Positions 1-9,419 of a stretch of DNA of 57,793 bases are shown here, one piece after another (position 1 is the first letter of the stretch; every line of letters starts with the position of its first letter). Source of the stretch: Candidatus Zixiibacteriota bacterium (lineage in GTDB: Bacteria; Zixibacteria; MSB-5A5; UBA10806; 4484-95); NCBI GenBank assembly GCA_029932605.1, contig JAOZPT010000007.1, positions 355 to 58,147 of the forward strand. Reading direction: 5' to 3'. A program made the translations under genes and the position numbers. Below the pieces are notes generated by a model, which had not been told where the DNA came from, ran no database searches, and saw only the letters and a list, made by a program, of their open reading frames with translations.

Positions 1-1
1 T

Positions 2-1210
2 CTTGGAGAGTTAGCAGACAAATATGGCACTCCATTATATGTTTACAGTTTAAAGACCCTTGTTCGCCATTTTAAAGTGGCTTCGAGAGCTTTTGGCAAA
101 ATAAGGCATTCTATATTTTATTCTGTCAAGGCTAATTCGAATTTGACGCTACTTGGGGTCATCGCCGAACTTGGCGGTGGATGTGATATTGTATCTTTAG
201 GTGAATATTTAACTGCTAGGAAAGCCGGCGTAAAAAGGATAATATTTTCTGGTGTGGGTAAAAAAAGGCAAGAGATAGAGATGGTTTTAAAGAATGGACT
301 GGATTTTTTCGGTGTTGAGTCTGAAAATGAGCTGAACGTTATTGAGGAAGTTGCCATTAGGTTAAATAAACCGGCCCCGATTTCTCTGCGTATAAACCCT
401 GATATAGACCCTGGGACTCATAAGTATATCGCCACTGGTTTGAAAAAGGAAAAGTTCGGGATTCCGATAGGGCAAGCTGTAGATATATACAAAGAGATAT
501 CGAATAGAAAATATTTGAAAGCGGTTGGCATTTCAATGCACCTTGGCTCACAGATTGAATCGGTCAGTCCTTTTGTCGAGGGGCTTTTGAAATTAAAACA
601 AATATTTTGTAAATTGTCGGAACAAAATATATTTTTAAAACATATTGACCTTGGAGGAGGGTGGGCAGTTCCTTTTGCTAAAGGCCAGCACCTTCCCGAA
701 CCTGCTGATTATGTCAGGGAGATGGTACCTTATCTCAAAGGTCTTGAGGCTGAGGTCATTGTTGAGCCAGGGCGGTCGCTTATTGGCAATGCAGGTGTTC
801 TGGTCACGAAGATTACATATTTAAAGAAAGGTTATCGTAAAATTTATGCAATTGTAGATGCCGGCATGAATGACTTTATTCGTTCGGCCTTGTATGGTAA
901 AGAACATAGGATTGAACCGACGATTTTGAAAAAAGGAAAGACTTTGAATGTCGATGTTGTGGGTCCAGTCTGCGAGAGTTCGGATACTTTCGCGAAAAAT
1001 GTCGAATTAACGCCCATAAAAGAGGGTGACCTGTTGTGTTTGTTTACAGCCGGAGCATACGGCTTTTCTATGTCATCAAATTATAACAGCCGGTTAAAAA
1101 CCGCTGAGGTTTTGGTTGCCGGTGATAATGATTTTTTAATAAGAGAAAGGGAAACATACAAAGACCTATGGCGAAAACAAAAACTCATAAAGACCAGAGA
1201 CATTCTATAG
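2..1210 (+). CDS. lysA: Diaminopimelate decarboxylase, 5' end runs off the window
   Basis: Frame open from base 2 (LGELADKYGTPLYVY). PLP-lysine motif YSVKAN, plus HLGSQI, EPGR and GPVCES, GAYG. Confidence 0.95.
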   Translation, partial: LGELADKYGTPLYVYSLKTLVRHFKVASRAFGKIRHSIFYSVKANSNLTLLGVIAELGGGCDIVSLGEYLTARKAGVKRIIFSGVGKKRQEIEMVLKNGLDFFGVESENELNVIEEVAIRLNKPAPISLRINPDIDPGTHKYIATGLKKEKFGIPIGQAVDIYKEISNRKYLKAVGISMHLGSQIESVSPFVEGLLKLKQIFCKLSEQNIFLKHIDLGGGWAVPFAKGQHLPEPADYVREMVPYLKGLEAEVIVEPGRSLIGNAGVLVTKITYLKKGYRKIYAIVDAGMNDFIRSALYGKEHRIEPTILKKGKTLNVDVVGPVCESSDTFAKNVELTPIKEGDLLCLFTAGAYGFSMSSNYNSRLKTAEVLVAGDNDFLIRERETYKDLWRKQKLIKTRDIL

Positions 1211-2334
1211 AGGATAGAATAAGCGATTTGCGACCAGCATTCCTTGAGGTCGATCTGGACGCTTTCAATGACAATTTCCGAAAGGTAAAAAGCCTTTTGG
1301 AGCATGATGTGGCTTTGATGGCAGTTGTCAAAGCTAATGCTTATGGACACGGGTTGATAAAAATGGGTTTACAGGCAGAAAAATGCGGTGCCGACATTTT
1401 GGGAGTTGCTTTTATAGAGGAAGGCGAGAAACTGGTTAAAGCCGGTGTTAAAATTCCAGTCGTAGTGCTTTATCCGGATATACCAAAACGAGCTCTAAGG
1501 TTGGTGAAAGCGGGTTTGGTGGCAACAGTGACCTCGGTTGATTACCTTGATGCCTTAAACCTTGCCGGTAAATCTTTAGATAAAACAGTCAAGGTATTTT
1601 TAGAGATCGAGACGGGAATGGGCCGGTATGGTATAATGACCTCTGAACTGGAAGCGATTACAAACTTAGCTGGCAACATGTCGAATATAGAAGTCGTCGG
1701 CGTCTCAAGCAACCTGGCGGATTCAAGTTGTGGAGAAGCTGTTTTCACCGAAAGGCAATTTGAGCGTTTTAAAAGAGCCATTAAGGTAATTGATTTTGAC
1801 CATAGGTGCCATTACCGTAGCATTGAGAACTCAGGTGGACTGCTTTTTCATCATTGCAAAGATTTTAATTTGGTTCGTGTTGGATTATTGCTTTATGGGC
1901 TCTTACCGAATGGCAACCAAGCAGTGGGGTTTAAACCGGTGTTAAGTCTTAAAAGCCGGATAATCCAGTTGAAACGATGGCCCGCCGGTAAACCGGTCGG
2001 TTATGGAAGTAGTTTCATACCAACTCGAGAAACGGTTCTGGCTACCATTGGTGCGGGGTATGCCGATGGTTACCCGTGGTCGCTTTCCAATAAAAGCTGG
2101 GTGCTGGTTCATGGAAAACGTGCATCGGTAGTGGGCAGAATATGTATGGACGCGTTAATGATCGATGTTACTGGTGTTCCTGGAGTGGAAATTGAAGACG
2201 AGGTTACATTGCTGGGAAAACAGGGGGATGAAGTTATAACTGTAGAACAGTTGGCTGAAATGGCCGGTTCATTTCCCTACGAGTTTTTATCTGCTCTGTC
2301 TGAAAGATTGCCCAGAATTTATTATGGGGGATGA
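1168..2334 (+). CDS. alr: Alanine racemase family protein
   Basis: AVVKANAYGHG, TGMGRYG, VGYG, GYADG and GRICMD motifs. Confidence 0.9.
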   Translation: MAKTKTHKDQRHSIEDRISDLRPAFLEVDLDAFNDNFRKVKSLLEHDVALMAVVKANAYGHGLIKMGLQAEKCGADILGVAFIEEGEKLVKAGVKIPVVVLYPDIPKRALRLVKAGLVATVTSVDYLDALNLAGKSLDKTVKVFLEIETGMGRYGIMTSELEAITNLAGNMSNIEVVGVSSNLADSSCGEAVFTERQFERFKRAIKVIDFDHRCHYRSIENSGGLLFHHCKDFNLVRVGLLLYGLLPNGNQAVGFKPVLSLKSRIIQLKRWPAGKPVGYGSSFIPTRETVLATIGAGYADGYPWSLSNKSWVLVHGKRASVVGRICMDALMIDVTGVPGVEIEDEVTLLGKQGDEVITVEQLAEMAGSFPYEFLSALSERLPRIYYGG

Positions 2335-3119
2335 TGCCATATCGAATAAATATTAACCTTGCGGATATTTGGGCAAAACCCGAATTCAATTCTGAAAGAG
2401 TCAACCAGGCTCTTTTTAATGAACCGTTGGAGTTGCTTGAAAAAGGTCAAAGATATTCGTTGGTAGAGCTTGCTGACGGCTACAAAGGGTATGTTGGAAA
2501 CGAGTTTTTCTCTGAGGAGAGGGAACAATCGGGCAAGGATTATGTGGTTTCGGCAACGCTGGCCACCGCTTACACAGCACCAGATAAAAAAGCTCCTGTT
2601 TCAACCATTTTACCTTTTACTTCTGTTATTAAAGTTAATAAGAGACATGGGGGATTTATACACTCCCATACTTACCGTTATGGTGAGATATTTTTAGCCG
2701 ACGATGATGTAATTTGTTTTGAACAAACCCCTAAATTAACCCGCCGAACTATGCCGGATTTTTTGGAAAGTGTTAAACGGTTTATCGGTGTTCCCTATCT
2801 CTGGGGAGGAAAGAGTTTTTTCGGGATAGATTGTTCTGGATTGGTTCAGCTCAATTTTAAGTTCTTCGGCGTTAATTTACCTCGTGACACAAAGGACCAG
2901 ATTAAATCCGGCCACGAAGTTCGGAGAGATGAGCTTATGCCCGGCGACCTTATTTTTTTTGAAAGACATGTGGCCCTGGCGATTACTGATAAAGACTATA
3001 TTCATTCAAGCTTGTCACGGGGAGGCGTGTATATAAACAGTCTTGATCTGTCAAAGAGCAATTATCTGGAAGAACTCGATTATGGTCTGAAGACCGTAAG
3101 GAGAATAATTGAGGATTAA
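2331..3119 (+). CDS. SH3 + NlpC/P60 gamma-D-glutamyl-diamino acid endopeptidase (YkfC/DPP VI-like)
   Basis: PYLWGGKS..GIDCSG, LPRDT..Q, HVAL and YIHSS NlpC/P60 motifs; N-terminal SH3b-like region; no signal peptide. Confidence 0.9.
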   Translation: MMPYRININLADIWAKPEFNSERVNQALFNEPLELLEKGQRYSLVELADGYKGYVGNEFFSEEREQSGKDYVVSATLATAYTAPDKKAPVSTILPFTSVIKVNKRHGGFIHSHTYRYGEIFLADDDVICFEQTPKLTRRTMPDFLESVKRFIGVPYLWGGKSFFGIDCSGLVQLNFKFFGVNLPRDTKDQIKSGHEVRRDELMPGDLIFFERHVALAITDKDYIHSSLSRGGVYINSLDLSKSNYLEELDYGLKTVRRIIED

Positions 3120-4230
3120 GGTCTTACTTATAATCGTCGCTTTTTTACTATGTTTAATGTTGTTGGTTATGACCCGCCAGGCGACAAGTGGCGTTTTCAG
3201 TATTCATCATATTGATTTTTATGAAAAGGGTGGTGATTGGGATGGATTCAGATTCGATAAAATCGCCCTCAACCAGGACAGTACCGAATTGCTTTGCGTA
3301 AACGAAAAAGGAACAGCAAAATTTGAAAGCCCATCTGTTAAAACCGATTTTGAATTCAATGAGATTTTACTTAGCTGGAATTGCTTTTGTGATAGTTGTG
3401 GTGGTCTATATATTGCTGTTTCAGTGAGTCCCGATGGAAAGTACTGGAACAATTTTAGCTACCAGACATGGGGATTTCAGCCCGTTGACTTTGACAGTAT
3501 AAAAATGTTTTTGCCTTCTGATAATATTGAGGATGTCGGTTGGCTGGATGTTGATATTATCAGACTTTATGTGCCGATGAGATTTTATAAATTTACCTTT
3601 GTTTGCTTTAAAGATAAAAGCTGTCAATTCTTTATTGATAGGATTAGCGTTTGTTATTCCAATACCTCAGCTGATATCAGGCAATACAATAATCACTATA
3701 GCGTTGTTAATAGGATTAAAAAGGTTTCTCTTGCGGTTCCATTCAGAAGCCAACATTCGTTGCCGGATAACATTTCAGGTTTAACCTGCAGTCCCACCAG
3801 CCTGGCTATGGTGTTGAACTACCATGGTCGTGGTTACAGCCCTCTTGAAGTCTCGGAGCTTGTCTATGACCCCCATAATGAGATTTATGGCAACTGGCTG
3901 TATAATATACAGGCAGCTTATGCTATAGGGATGGAGAAAACGTGGGTTGGCAGACATAATTCGTTTAATGAACTTGTTCCGGAACTGTTGGATGGCAAAC
4001 CGGTTGTCATAAGTATTGCTTTTGACTATGGAAAACTTGCAGGTTCGCCGATATCAGAAACCGATGGTCATCTCATAGTGGTGCGAGGGTTTGATAGAAG
4101 TAATAGAGTGTTGGTTAATGACCCCGCGGGATACAATGTATCAGATGGAATTTGCGCCTATGATTTAAGCGAACTTACTCAGGCTTGGATAGGGCATGGA
4201 GGGATTGCGTACCATATATGGCCAGAATAG
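3109..4230 (+). CDS. Exported C39-like cysteine peptidase
   Basis: N-terminal hydrophobic segment; VPFRSQ...CSPTSLAMVL (Cys), GHLIVVRG (His), VNDP (Asp). Confidence 0.85.
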   Translation: MRIKVLLIIVAFLLCLMLLVMTRQATSGVFSIHHIDFYEKGGDWDGFRFDKIALNQDSTELLCVNEKGTAKFESPSVKTDFEFNEILLSWNCFCDSCGGLYIAVSVSPDGKYWNNFSYQTWGFQPVDFDSIKMFLPSDNIEDVGWLDVDIIRLYVPMRFYKFTFVCFKDKSCQFFIDRISVCYSNTSADIRQYNNHYSVVNRIKKVSLAVPFRSQHSLPDNISGLTCSPTSLAMVLNYHGRGYSPLEVSELVYDPHNEIYGNWLYNIQAAYAIGMEKTWVGRHNSFNELVPELLDGKPVVISIAFDYGKLAGSPISETDGHLIVVRGFDRSNRVLVNDPAGYNVSDGICAYDLSELTQAWIGHGGIAYHIWPE

Positions 4231-5159
4231 CAAAGCCTGAAGCACTAAAGAAAGGCGATACAATTGCAATTGTAGCACCGGGTAGCTCCCCCAAATTGAA
4301 ATATTTAAAATTGGGTGTTAAACGACTTAGGCAATCTGGTTTTAACGTCTATGTTCATCCCCAGTGCTTTTTAAAAAAAGGTTATCTTGCTGGCGATGAT
4401 AGAACCCGCGCTAATGCCTTAATCGAGATGTTTGTTGATGACAGTATCAAAGCAGTATTTTGCGCCAGGGGAGGTAATGGTAGTATTCGCCTTTTAAGGT
4501 TCCTCGACCTTGACCTTATAAAAACCAACCCCAAGATATTTGTTGGATATTCTGATATCACAGTTCTTCTTCATGCATTCAGCAATGGTGGTTTCGTGAC
4601 TTTTCATGGACCGATGCCCGCTGTCAATTTTTCATGTGGGAATTATAAGTTTTCTCTCGACAATCTATTAAATGTTATAATGACAACGGAGCCAATCGGA
4701 AAACTGAAAAACCCCGAACGTCTCGGACCCATTAAAAAATATCGTCCCGGTAAAGTCGAGGGTATCATCACAGGCGGGAACATCTCTTTACTGAATAATT
4801 TGGTTGGCACCGGATTTTTGACCTCGTTTAAGAACAAAATCGTGTTCCTGGAGGATATCCACGAAGAACCATACCGTTTGGATGGTTATCTTTCGCATCT
4901 TTTTCTGGCAACCGATATCTCGCAGGCGGCAGGATTCGTTATTGGCCAGCTGGTGGATTGCAATCCAACACGTCGCACTCGGCCAAGCTTGAGGTTAGAT
5001 GAGATTATCGATGAATATTTTGGTAGTCTGAGAGTGCCGGTAATAACCAATGTCGCCTGCGGACATGGAACTCAAAATCTTACCATACCGGTTGGTGTGA
5101 AGGGTTATATTGATGCCGGCAAGAAAATATTTGGAATTACTGAAAAAGCGGTGAGGTGA
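4218..5159 (+). CDS. ldcA: Muramoyltetrapeptide LD-carboxypeptidase (S66)
   Basis: CARGG, GYSDIT (Ser), HGPM, FLED (Glu), CGHG (His). Start moved to the ATG at 4218 (MARIAKP). Confidence 0.9.
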   Translation: MARIAKPEALKKGDTIAIVAPGSSPKLKYLKLGVKRLRQSGFNVYVHPQCFLKKGYLAGDDRTRANALIEMFVDDSIKAVFCARGGNGSIRLLRFLDLDLIKTNPKIFVGYSDITVLLHAFSNGGFVTFHGPMPAVNFSCGNYKFSLDNLLNVIMTTEPIGKLKNPERLGPIKKYRPGKVEGIITGGNISLLNNLVGTGFLTSFKNKIVFLEDIHEEPYRLDGYLSHLFLATDISQAAGFVIGQLVDCNPTRRTRPSLRLDEIIDEYFGSLRVPVITNVACGHGTQNLTIPVGVKGYIDAGKKIFGITEKAVR

Positions 5160-6163
5160 AAATGAAATTAAATTTTAAAACTTTGAAAGTGCATTTAAAA
5201 GAGACCTTCAGAACTTCTCATGGAGCCGCTGATGAGAAAAGCGTGGTCATGGTTGATATCGATGGTGGTCTGGGCGAGGCATCACCGGTTTCTTATTATG
5301 GAGAGTCTGTTGATACTGTTAACAGTTTTATAAGCAAGGCGATGGAAGTTATCGGGGATGACCCGTTCAGGCTTGAGGAGATATCGGGCAAGTTGGAGAA
5401 GATAGCCGCTTATAACGGCGCCGCCAAAGCCGCTATTGATATCGCCCTGCATGATTTAATCGGTAAAAAATTAAACGTGTCAGTTTATAAATTACTGGGT
5501 ATAACTCCTCGTGATGATATACCTACATCATATACCATCTCTATAGGAGATCCTGAGACGATGAAGCGCCAGACTGAGGACAACCCGGGATATCAGGTAT
5601 ATAAAGTCAAAGTTGGTGTTCCGGCAGATATCGATATGGTGGCTGCCGTTCGCGATGCAACTAAAGCCAGAATACGAGTTGACGCCAACGGCGGTTGGAC
5701 ATTGAAAGAGGCTATCCAGAAAATAAAATACCTTGAGAGGTTTGATATCGAGTTTGTAGAACAACCGCTTCATTGGGAAGATTATGAGGGCTTTAAGATA
5801 TTACGTGGAAAAATCGATTTACCCATCATTGTCGATGAGGGTGTGATGAAGGCTGAGGATATAACACGATATAGAGATATAGTTGACGGCATAAATATAA
5901 AGCTCCAGAAATCAGGCGGTATCCGTGAGGCATTCAAGATGATTGCTGTTGCCAGAGCTTTCAGAATGAAAATTATGATCGGCTGTATGGTGGAGACATC
6001 GATAGGTATCTCAGCCGCCGCCCAGCTTGCACCACTGGTCGATTATGTTGACCTCGATGGTAACATACTAATCAGTGATGACCCTTATGATGGTATAAAG
6101 GCGGTAAATGGATATCTGAAATACCCTGATAGGCCAGGGTTAGGGGTGATAGAAAGAAATTAA
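5156..6163 (+). CDS. L-Ala-D/L-Glu dipeptide epimerase (enolase superfamily, YcjG/YkfB-like)
   Basis: KVK, VDAN, EQP, DE, NIKLQK, GCMVE and the DLD motif typical of dipeptide epimerases. Confidence 0.9.
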   Translation: MKMKLNFKTLKVHLKETFRTSHGAADEKSVVMVDIDGGLGEASPVSYYGESVDTVNSFISKAMEVIGDDPFRLEEISGKLEKIAAYNGAAKAAIDIALHDLIGKKLNVSVYKLLGITPRDDIPTSYTISIGDPETMKRQTEDNPGYQVYKVKVGVPADIDMVAAVRDATKARIRVDANGGWTLKEAIQKIKYLERFDIEFVEQPLHWEDYEGFKILRGKIDLPIIVDEGVMKAEDITRYRDIVDGINIKLQKSGGIREAFKMIAVARAFRMKIMIGCMVETSIGISAAAQLAPLVDYVDLDGNILISDDPYDGIKAVNGYLKYPDRPGLGVIERN

Positions 6164-7950
6164 TGTTGCGCATAATCGGCTATATTTTATTGTCATCAAC
6201 GGTATGTCTGGCACAGAACCACCTTGAGGTAATATATCCCGAGGATGGTCAGCATATACCTGCTGTAGATTCGACCTTTATATTTGGCAATACCGGTGCT
6301 GATGCCGACCTTTTTATAAATGGTCATGATATCGATGTTCATTCTGATGGCGGTTTTTTGGCCTTTCTACCTGTAAAGACCGGTTCCTTTCAGTTTAACC
6401 TGGTGTCCGATTTAAATGGCGATACAAGCCTTGCTACAGTAAATATCTTCGTGGGGCCTATTGCCGATAGTTCTGATGATTTTATTAAATTGTCATCTCT
6501 TGCACCCTCGGGGCGGACGGTGTTGTTACCTTCGGAGTCGTTTGAATTCTCTTTTAAAGCTAGGGGGTATGGTCGAGCCTTTTGTTGTTTCGAAAACGAT
6601 GCAAACTGGACTCAAATGTATCCTGATGTTAAACCCTGGCAATACGAGAGCGTATTTGGTGAGATACCGAAAGCATCTGATAGTTCTGTTTATATTACTT
6701 ACACTGCGATTATGAGAATAGATGGAATGGTTGACTCATCGAGGGTATACTATATGTATGAGAATGATATATGTGATTCAACGGGCATCTTACAATGGAC
6801 GGAGTTTGAAATCGACAGCACGGATTTTTACGTGGTTCGCCTCGATGAGTACCCAAAGCAAGTTGTAGTTTTGGTCGGCGGCAATCCGCATATAATAAGG
6901 GTGGCGCCAGCTAAAGGATATAAACTTGTTAATCAGCCGGCTGGTGTTAGGTTTCGATATTTAGGCGAGACCCCCGATTATTATCAGGTCATGTTAGCTG
7001 ATAATGTTTATGGATATGTAAAGAAAATCGATGCTACACTTGAGCCGGTTGGCACATCTTTGCCCGGTGGCGAGGTCTCATTTGTGATCGTGAATAATTT
7101 CAACAGGTATGTCCAGGTCTCAATGAATATTGGCGATAAACTACCGTTTGAGGTCAGACAGGATGGCAACCTGATGATGATCGATATTTATGGTCTCACC
7201 TCCGATACCGATTGGATTCGTTTAAACGATACCCAGAGGTATATTAAATCGATCTGGTGGAGCCAGCCGCAAAACGGTATATATAGGCTGAACATCCGCT
7301 GGTCTGATGAGCATTTCTGGGGCTATAAATGTTACTATGAAGATGATAATTTCATTGTTCAATTGAAGAAAAGGCCGCCTTCAAAAGGGCTTTTTCATTC
7401 TCGTGTAGCGGGTTTGCGAATAGCGCTTGACCCGGGCCATTCCCATGACCCTGGCGCGAAAGGGCCAACAGGTCTGCAAGAGAAAGATGCCAATTTGTGG
7501 ATCGCTTATGAACTGCGGAAGATTCTTCTCGATAAGGGCGCAAAGGTCTTAATGACTCGTATGGGACATGAGGATATCGGATTATACGAACGTGTGGATA
7601 TGGCGACGAAGTGGGATGCCGATATATTGATAAGCATCCACAATAACGCTTTGCCCGATGGTGTAAACCCGTTTACCCATAACGGCGCATCAGCTTATTA
7701 TTATTTCAATCAGTCTCGACCGTTAGCCGAAGCGATACATAAACACCTTCTGAAAAAGACAGGCCTGCCCGATCATGGCTTATACTATGGCAACCTGGCC
7801 TTGACCCGCGTTACCGATTGCCCGGCGGTGCTGGTTGAGTGCGCTTTTATGATGATTCCCGAGCAGGAGGCAATGTTAAAAACCGACAAATTCCAGCGTA
7901 AATGCGCAAAAGCTATATATGAGGGAATATGCGAGTATTTGGGGGATTGA
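6163..7950 (+). CDS. Secreted N-acetylmuramoyl-L-alanine amidase (Amidase_3)
   Basis: Signal peptide; C-terminal LDPGH, EKDANL, SIHNN and LVECAF zinc-amidase motifs. Confidence 0.9.
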   Translation: MLRIIGYILLSSTVCLAQNHLEVIYPEDGQHIPAVDSTFIFGNTGADADLFINGHDIDVHSDGGFLAFLPVKTGSFQFNLVSDLNGDTSLATVNIFVGPIADSSDDFIKLSSLAPSGRTVLLPSESFEFSFKARGYGRAFCCFENDANWTQMYPDVKPWQYESVFGEIPKASDSSVYITYTAIMRIDGMVDSSRVYYMYENDICDSTGILQWTEFEIDSTDFYVVRLDEYPKQVVVLVGGNPHIIRVAPAKGYKLVNQPAGVRFRYLGETPDYYQVMLADNVYGYVKKIDATLEPVGTSLPGGEVSFVIVNNFNRYVQVSMNIGDKLPFEVRQDGNLMMIDIYGLTSDTDWIRLNDTQRYIKSIWWSQPQNGIYRLNIRWSDEHFWGYKCYYEDDNFIVQLKKRPPSKGLFHSRVAGLRIALDPGHSHDPGAKGPTGLQEKDANLWIAYELRKILLDKGAKVLMTRMGHEDIGLYERVDMATKWDADILISIHNNALPDGVNPFTHNGASAYYYFNQSRPLAEAIHKHLLKKTGLPDHGLYYGNLALTRVTDCPAVLVECAFMMIPEQEAMLKTDKFQRKCAKAIYEGICEYLGD

Positions 7951-8071
7951 AAGCAACTTGGTTCGACCAGATTGTGTAGATTGAAGACCTTGACCTGACC
8001 GTCATCGAATCCATCAGTTCACGCTTCGCTATGAATTGACGGAACGGCAATATAAATTTTTTTATTGTTGC

Positions 8072-8099
8072 GTAAGGGCGTATCGCAATACGCCCCTAC
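8072..8099. repeat. REP-like palindrome (GTAGGGGCG...CGCCCCTAC class)
   Basis: gtaagggcgtat-cgca-atacgcccctac forms a 12-bp stem with one mismatch; reads GTAG at its start on the minus strand. Confidence 0.65.
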
Positions 8100-8156
8100 A
8101 TATATCTATTAACATTTATTTTATTGTGAATTATAAAATTAGTTATTGAAGCAAAA

Positions 8157-8570
8157 TTGAGAGCTCTTATACCAGGAATAATGAAAGTAAACGGATTTGA
8201 TAACTTAATAATTAATAAAAAAATACCTGACTTTTCTACATTAATATTAAAGGACCGATTAAATGTTAATAAGATTATTGAAATTATTAACTTACCAAAT
8301 ACAAGGTTATTAAGAAAATGGATTCATGCTCTTGATATAGATGAAGAAAGTGATATATTGGATAAATATATTTCAGATTTAAAAAAGCATTATCCGGGCG
8401 GTAGTAAAATTGGATTCCAATTTGTATGTTTTTTAGCTACTAAAACTATTACTCTAGCTTTTCCTCTTGCTGGCCCCATTTTTAATGTTGCCACGTTAAT
8501 ATTACCTTCAATATTTAGAAGTTGGCATCCTGTGTTATTTATAGATGAATTAAGAAAAAAGGTCGAATAA
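8157..8570 (+). CDS. AT-rich hypothetical protein, possibly a gene fragment
   Basis: 137-codon ORF with TTG start, visibly AT-richer than its neighbours; no recognised motif. Confidence 0.45.
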   Translation: MRALIPGIMKVNGFDNLIINKKIPDFSTLILKDRLNVNKIIEIINLPNTRLLRKWIHALDIDEESDILDKYISDLKKHYPGGSKIGFQFVCFLATKTITLAFPLAGPIFNVATLILPSIFRSWHPVLFIDELRKKVE

Positions 8571-8600
8571 AGTTTTCAATTGATATAACATCTGTAATCA

Positions 8601-9419
8601 TTACCCTCTCAACGCTCCTGCCGTTATCCCTTCTGTAATCTGCCTCTGGAAAAACAAAAATACTATAATAACCGGCAAAGCGGCAATCGTTGAGCCAGCC
8701 ATCAACTGGCCGATGTCCATCTGCTGTAGTCCCTGCATCATGGACAGGCCAACCGGCAAAGTGTAAAGCTTTGGTGAGGAGGTCAATATAAACGGATATA
8801 AAAACGAATTCCAATTGGTTAAAAATACCTGAACCGCCAGCACCGCCAATGCGGGTTTACACATTGGCATCACTATCTTAAACAGTATGGTGAACTCGCC
8901 AGCGCCATCGATTCTGGCTGATTGTTCACAGTCGTCGGGGAGATTTGATATATACTGGCGCATCAAAAAAACGCCCAGGGGATTTACAAGCCAGGGAAGT
9001 ATCAACGCCCAGTAGGTATTGTGCATACCGAGTTTGCTTATGAGTATGTAAACCGGTATGATGACCACATGCTGGGGTATCATCAATACGGCAGTTGCCG
9101 AGATAAACAAAAACCTGTTGCCGAAAAATTTCTTACGGGCCAGGGCATAGCCGGTCATCGAGCAGAAAATGATATTGCCCATAGTTACCACTATTGCCAC
9201 CAGGACGCTGTTGAAAACAAACCTTGTTATAACGCCCCTTGAAAATATCTGGATATAGTTTTTCAGTGAAAAGCTGGCGCTGAGCATGGCAGTTATGTCA
9301 CCAAAGATATTTGAGGTTTTCAAAGAGACTACAAACATATAGATAAGCGGGAACAACATTCCAACCAGAACCAGTGACATTATCACTGTAAGTGTTATTC
9401 TCCCGATTCCTTTACTCAC
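8601..9419 (-). CDS. Carbohydrate ABC transporter permease (MalG-like)
   Basis: EAA-loop variant EQSARIDGAGEF; WNSFLYP; multiple TM segments. Confidence 0.9.
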   Translation of the reverse strand: MSKGIGRITLTVIMSLVLVGMLFPLIYMFVVSLKTSNIFGDITAMLSASFSLKNYIQIFSRGVITRFVFNSVLVAIVVTMGNIIFCSMTGYALARKKFFGNRFLFISATAVLMIPQHVVIIPVYILISKLGMHNTYWALILPWLVNPLGVFLMRQYISNLPDDCEQSARIDGAGEFTILFKIVMPMCKPALAVLAVQVFLTNWNSFLYPFILTSSPKLYTLPVGLSMMQGLQQMDIGQLMAGSTIAALPVIIVFLFFQRQITEGITAGALRG

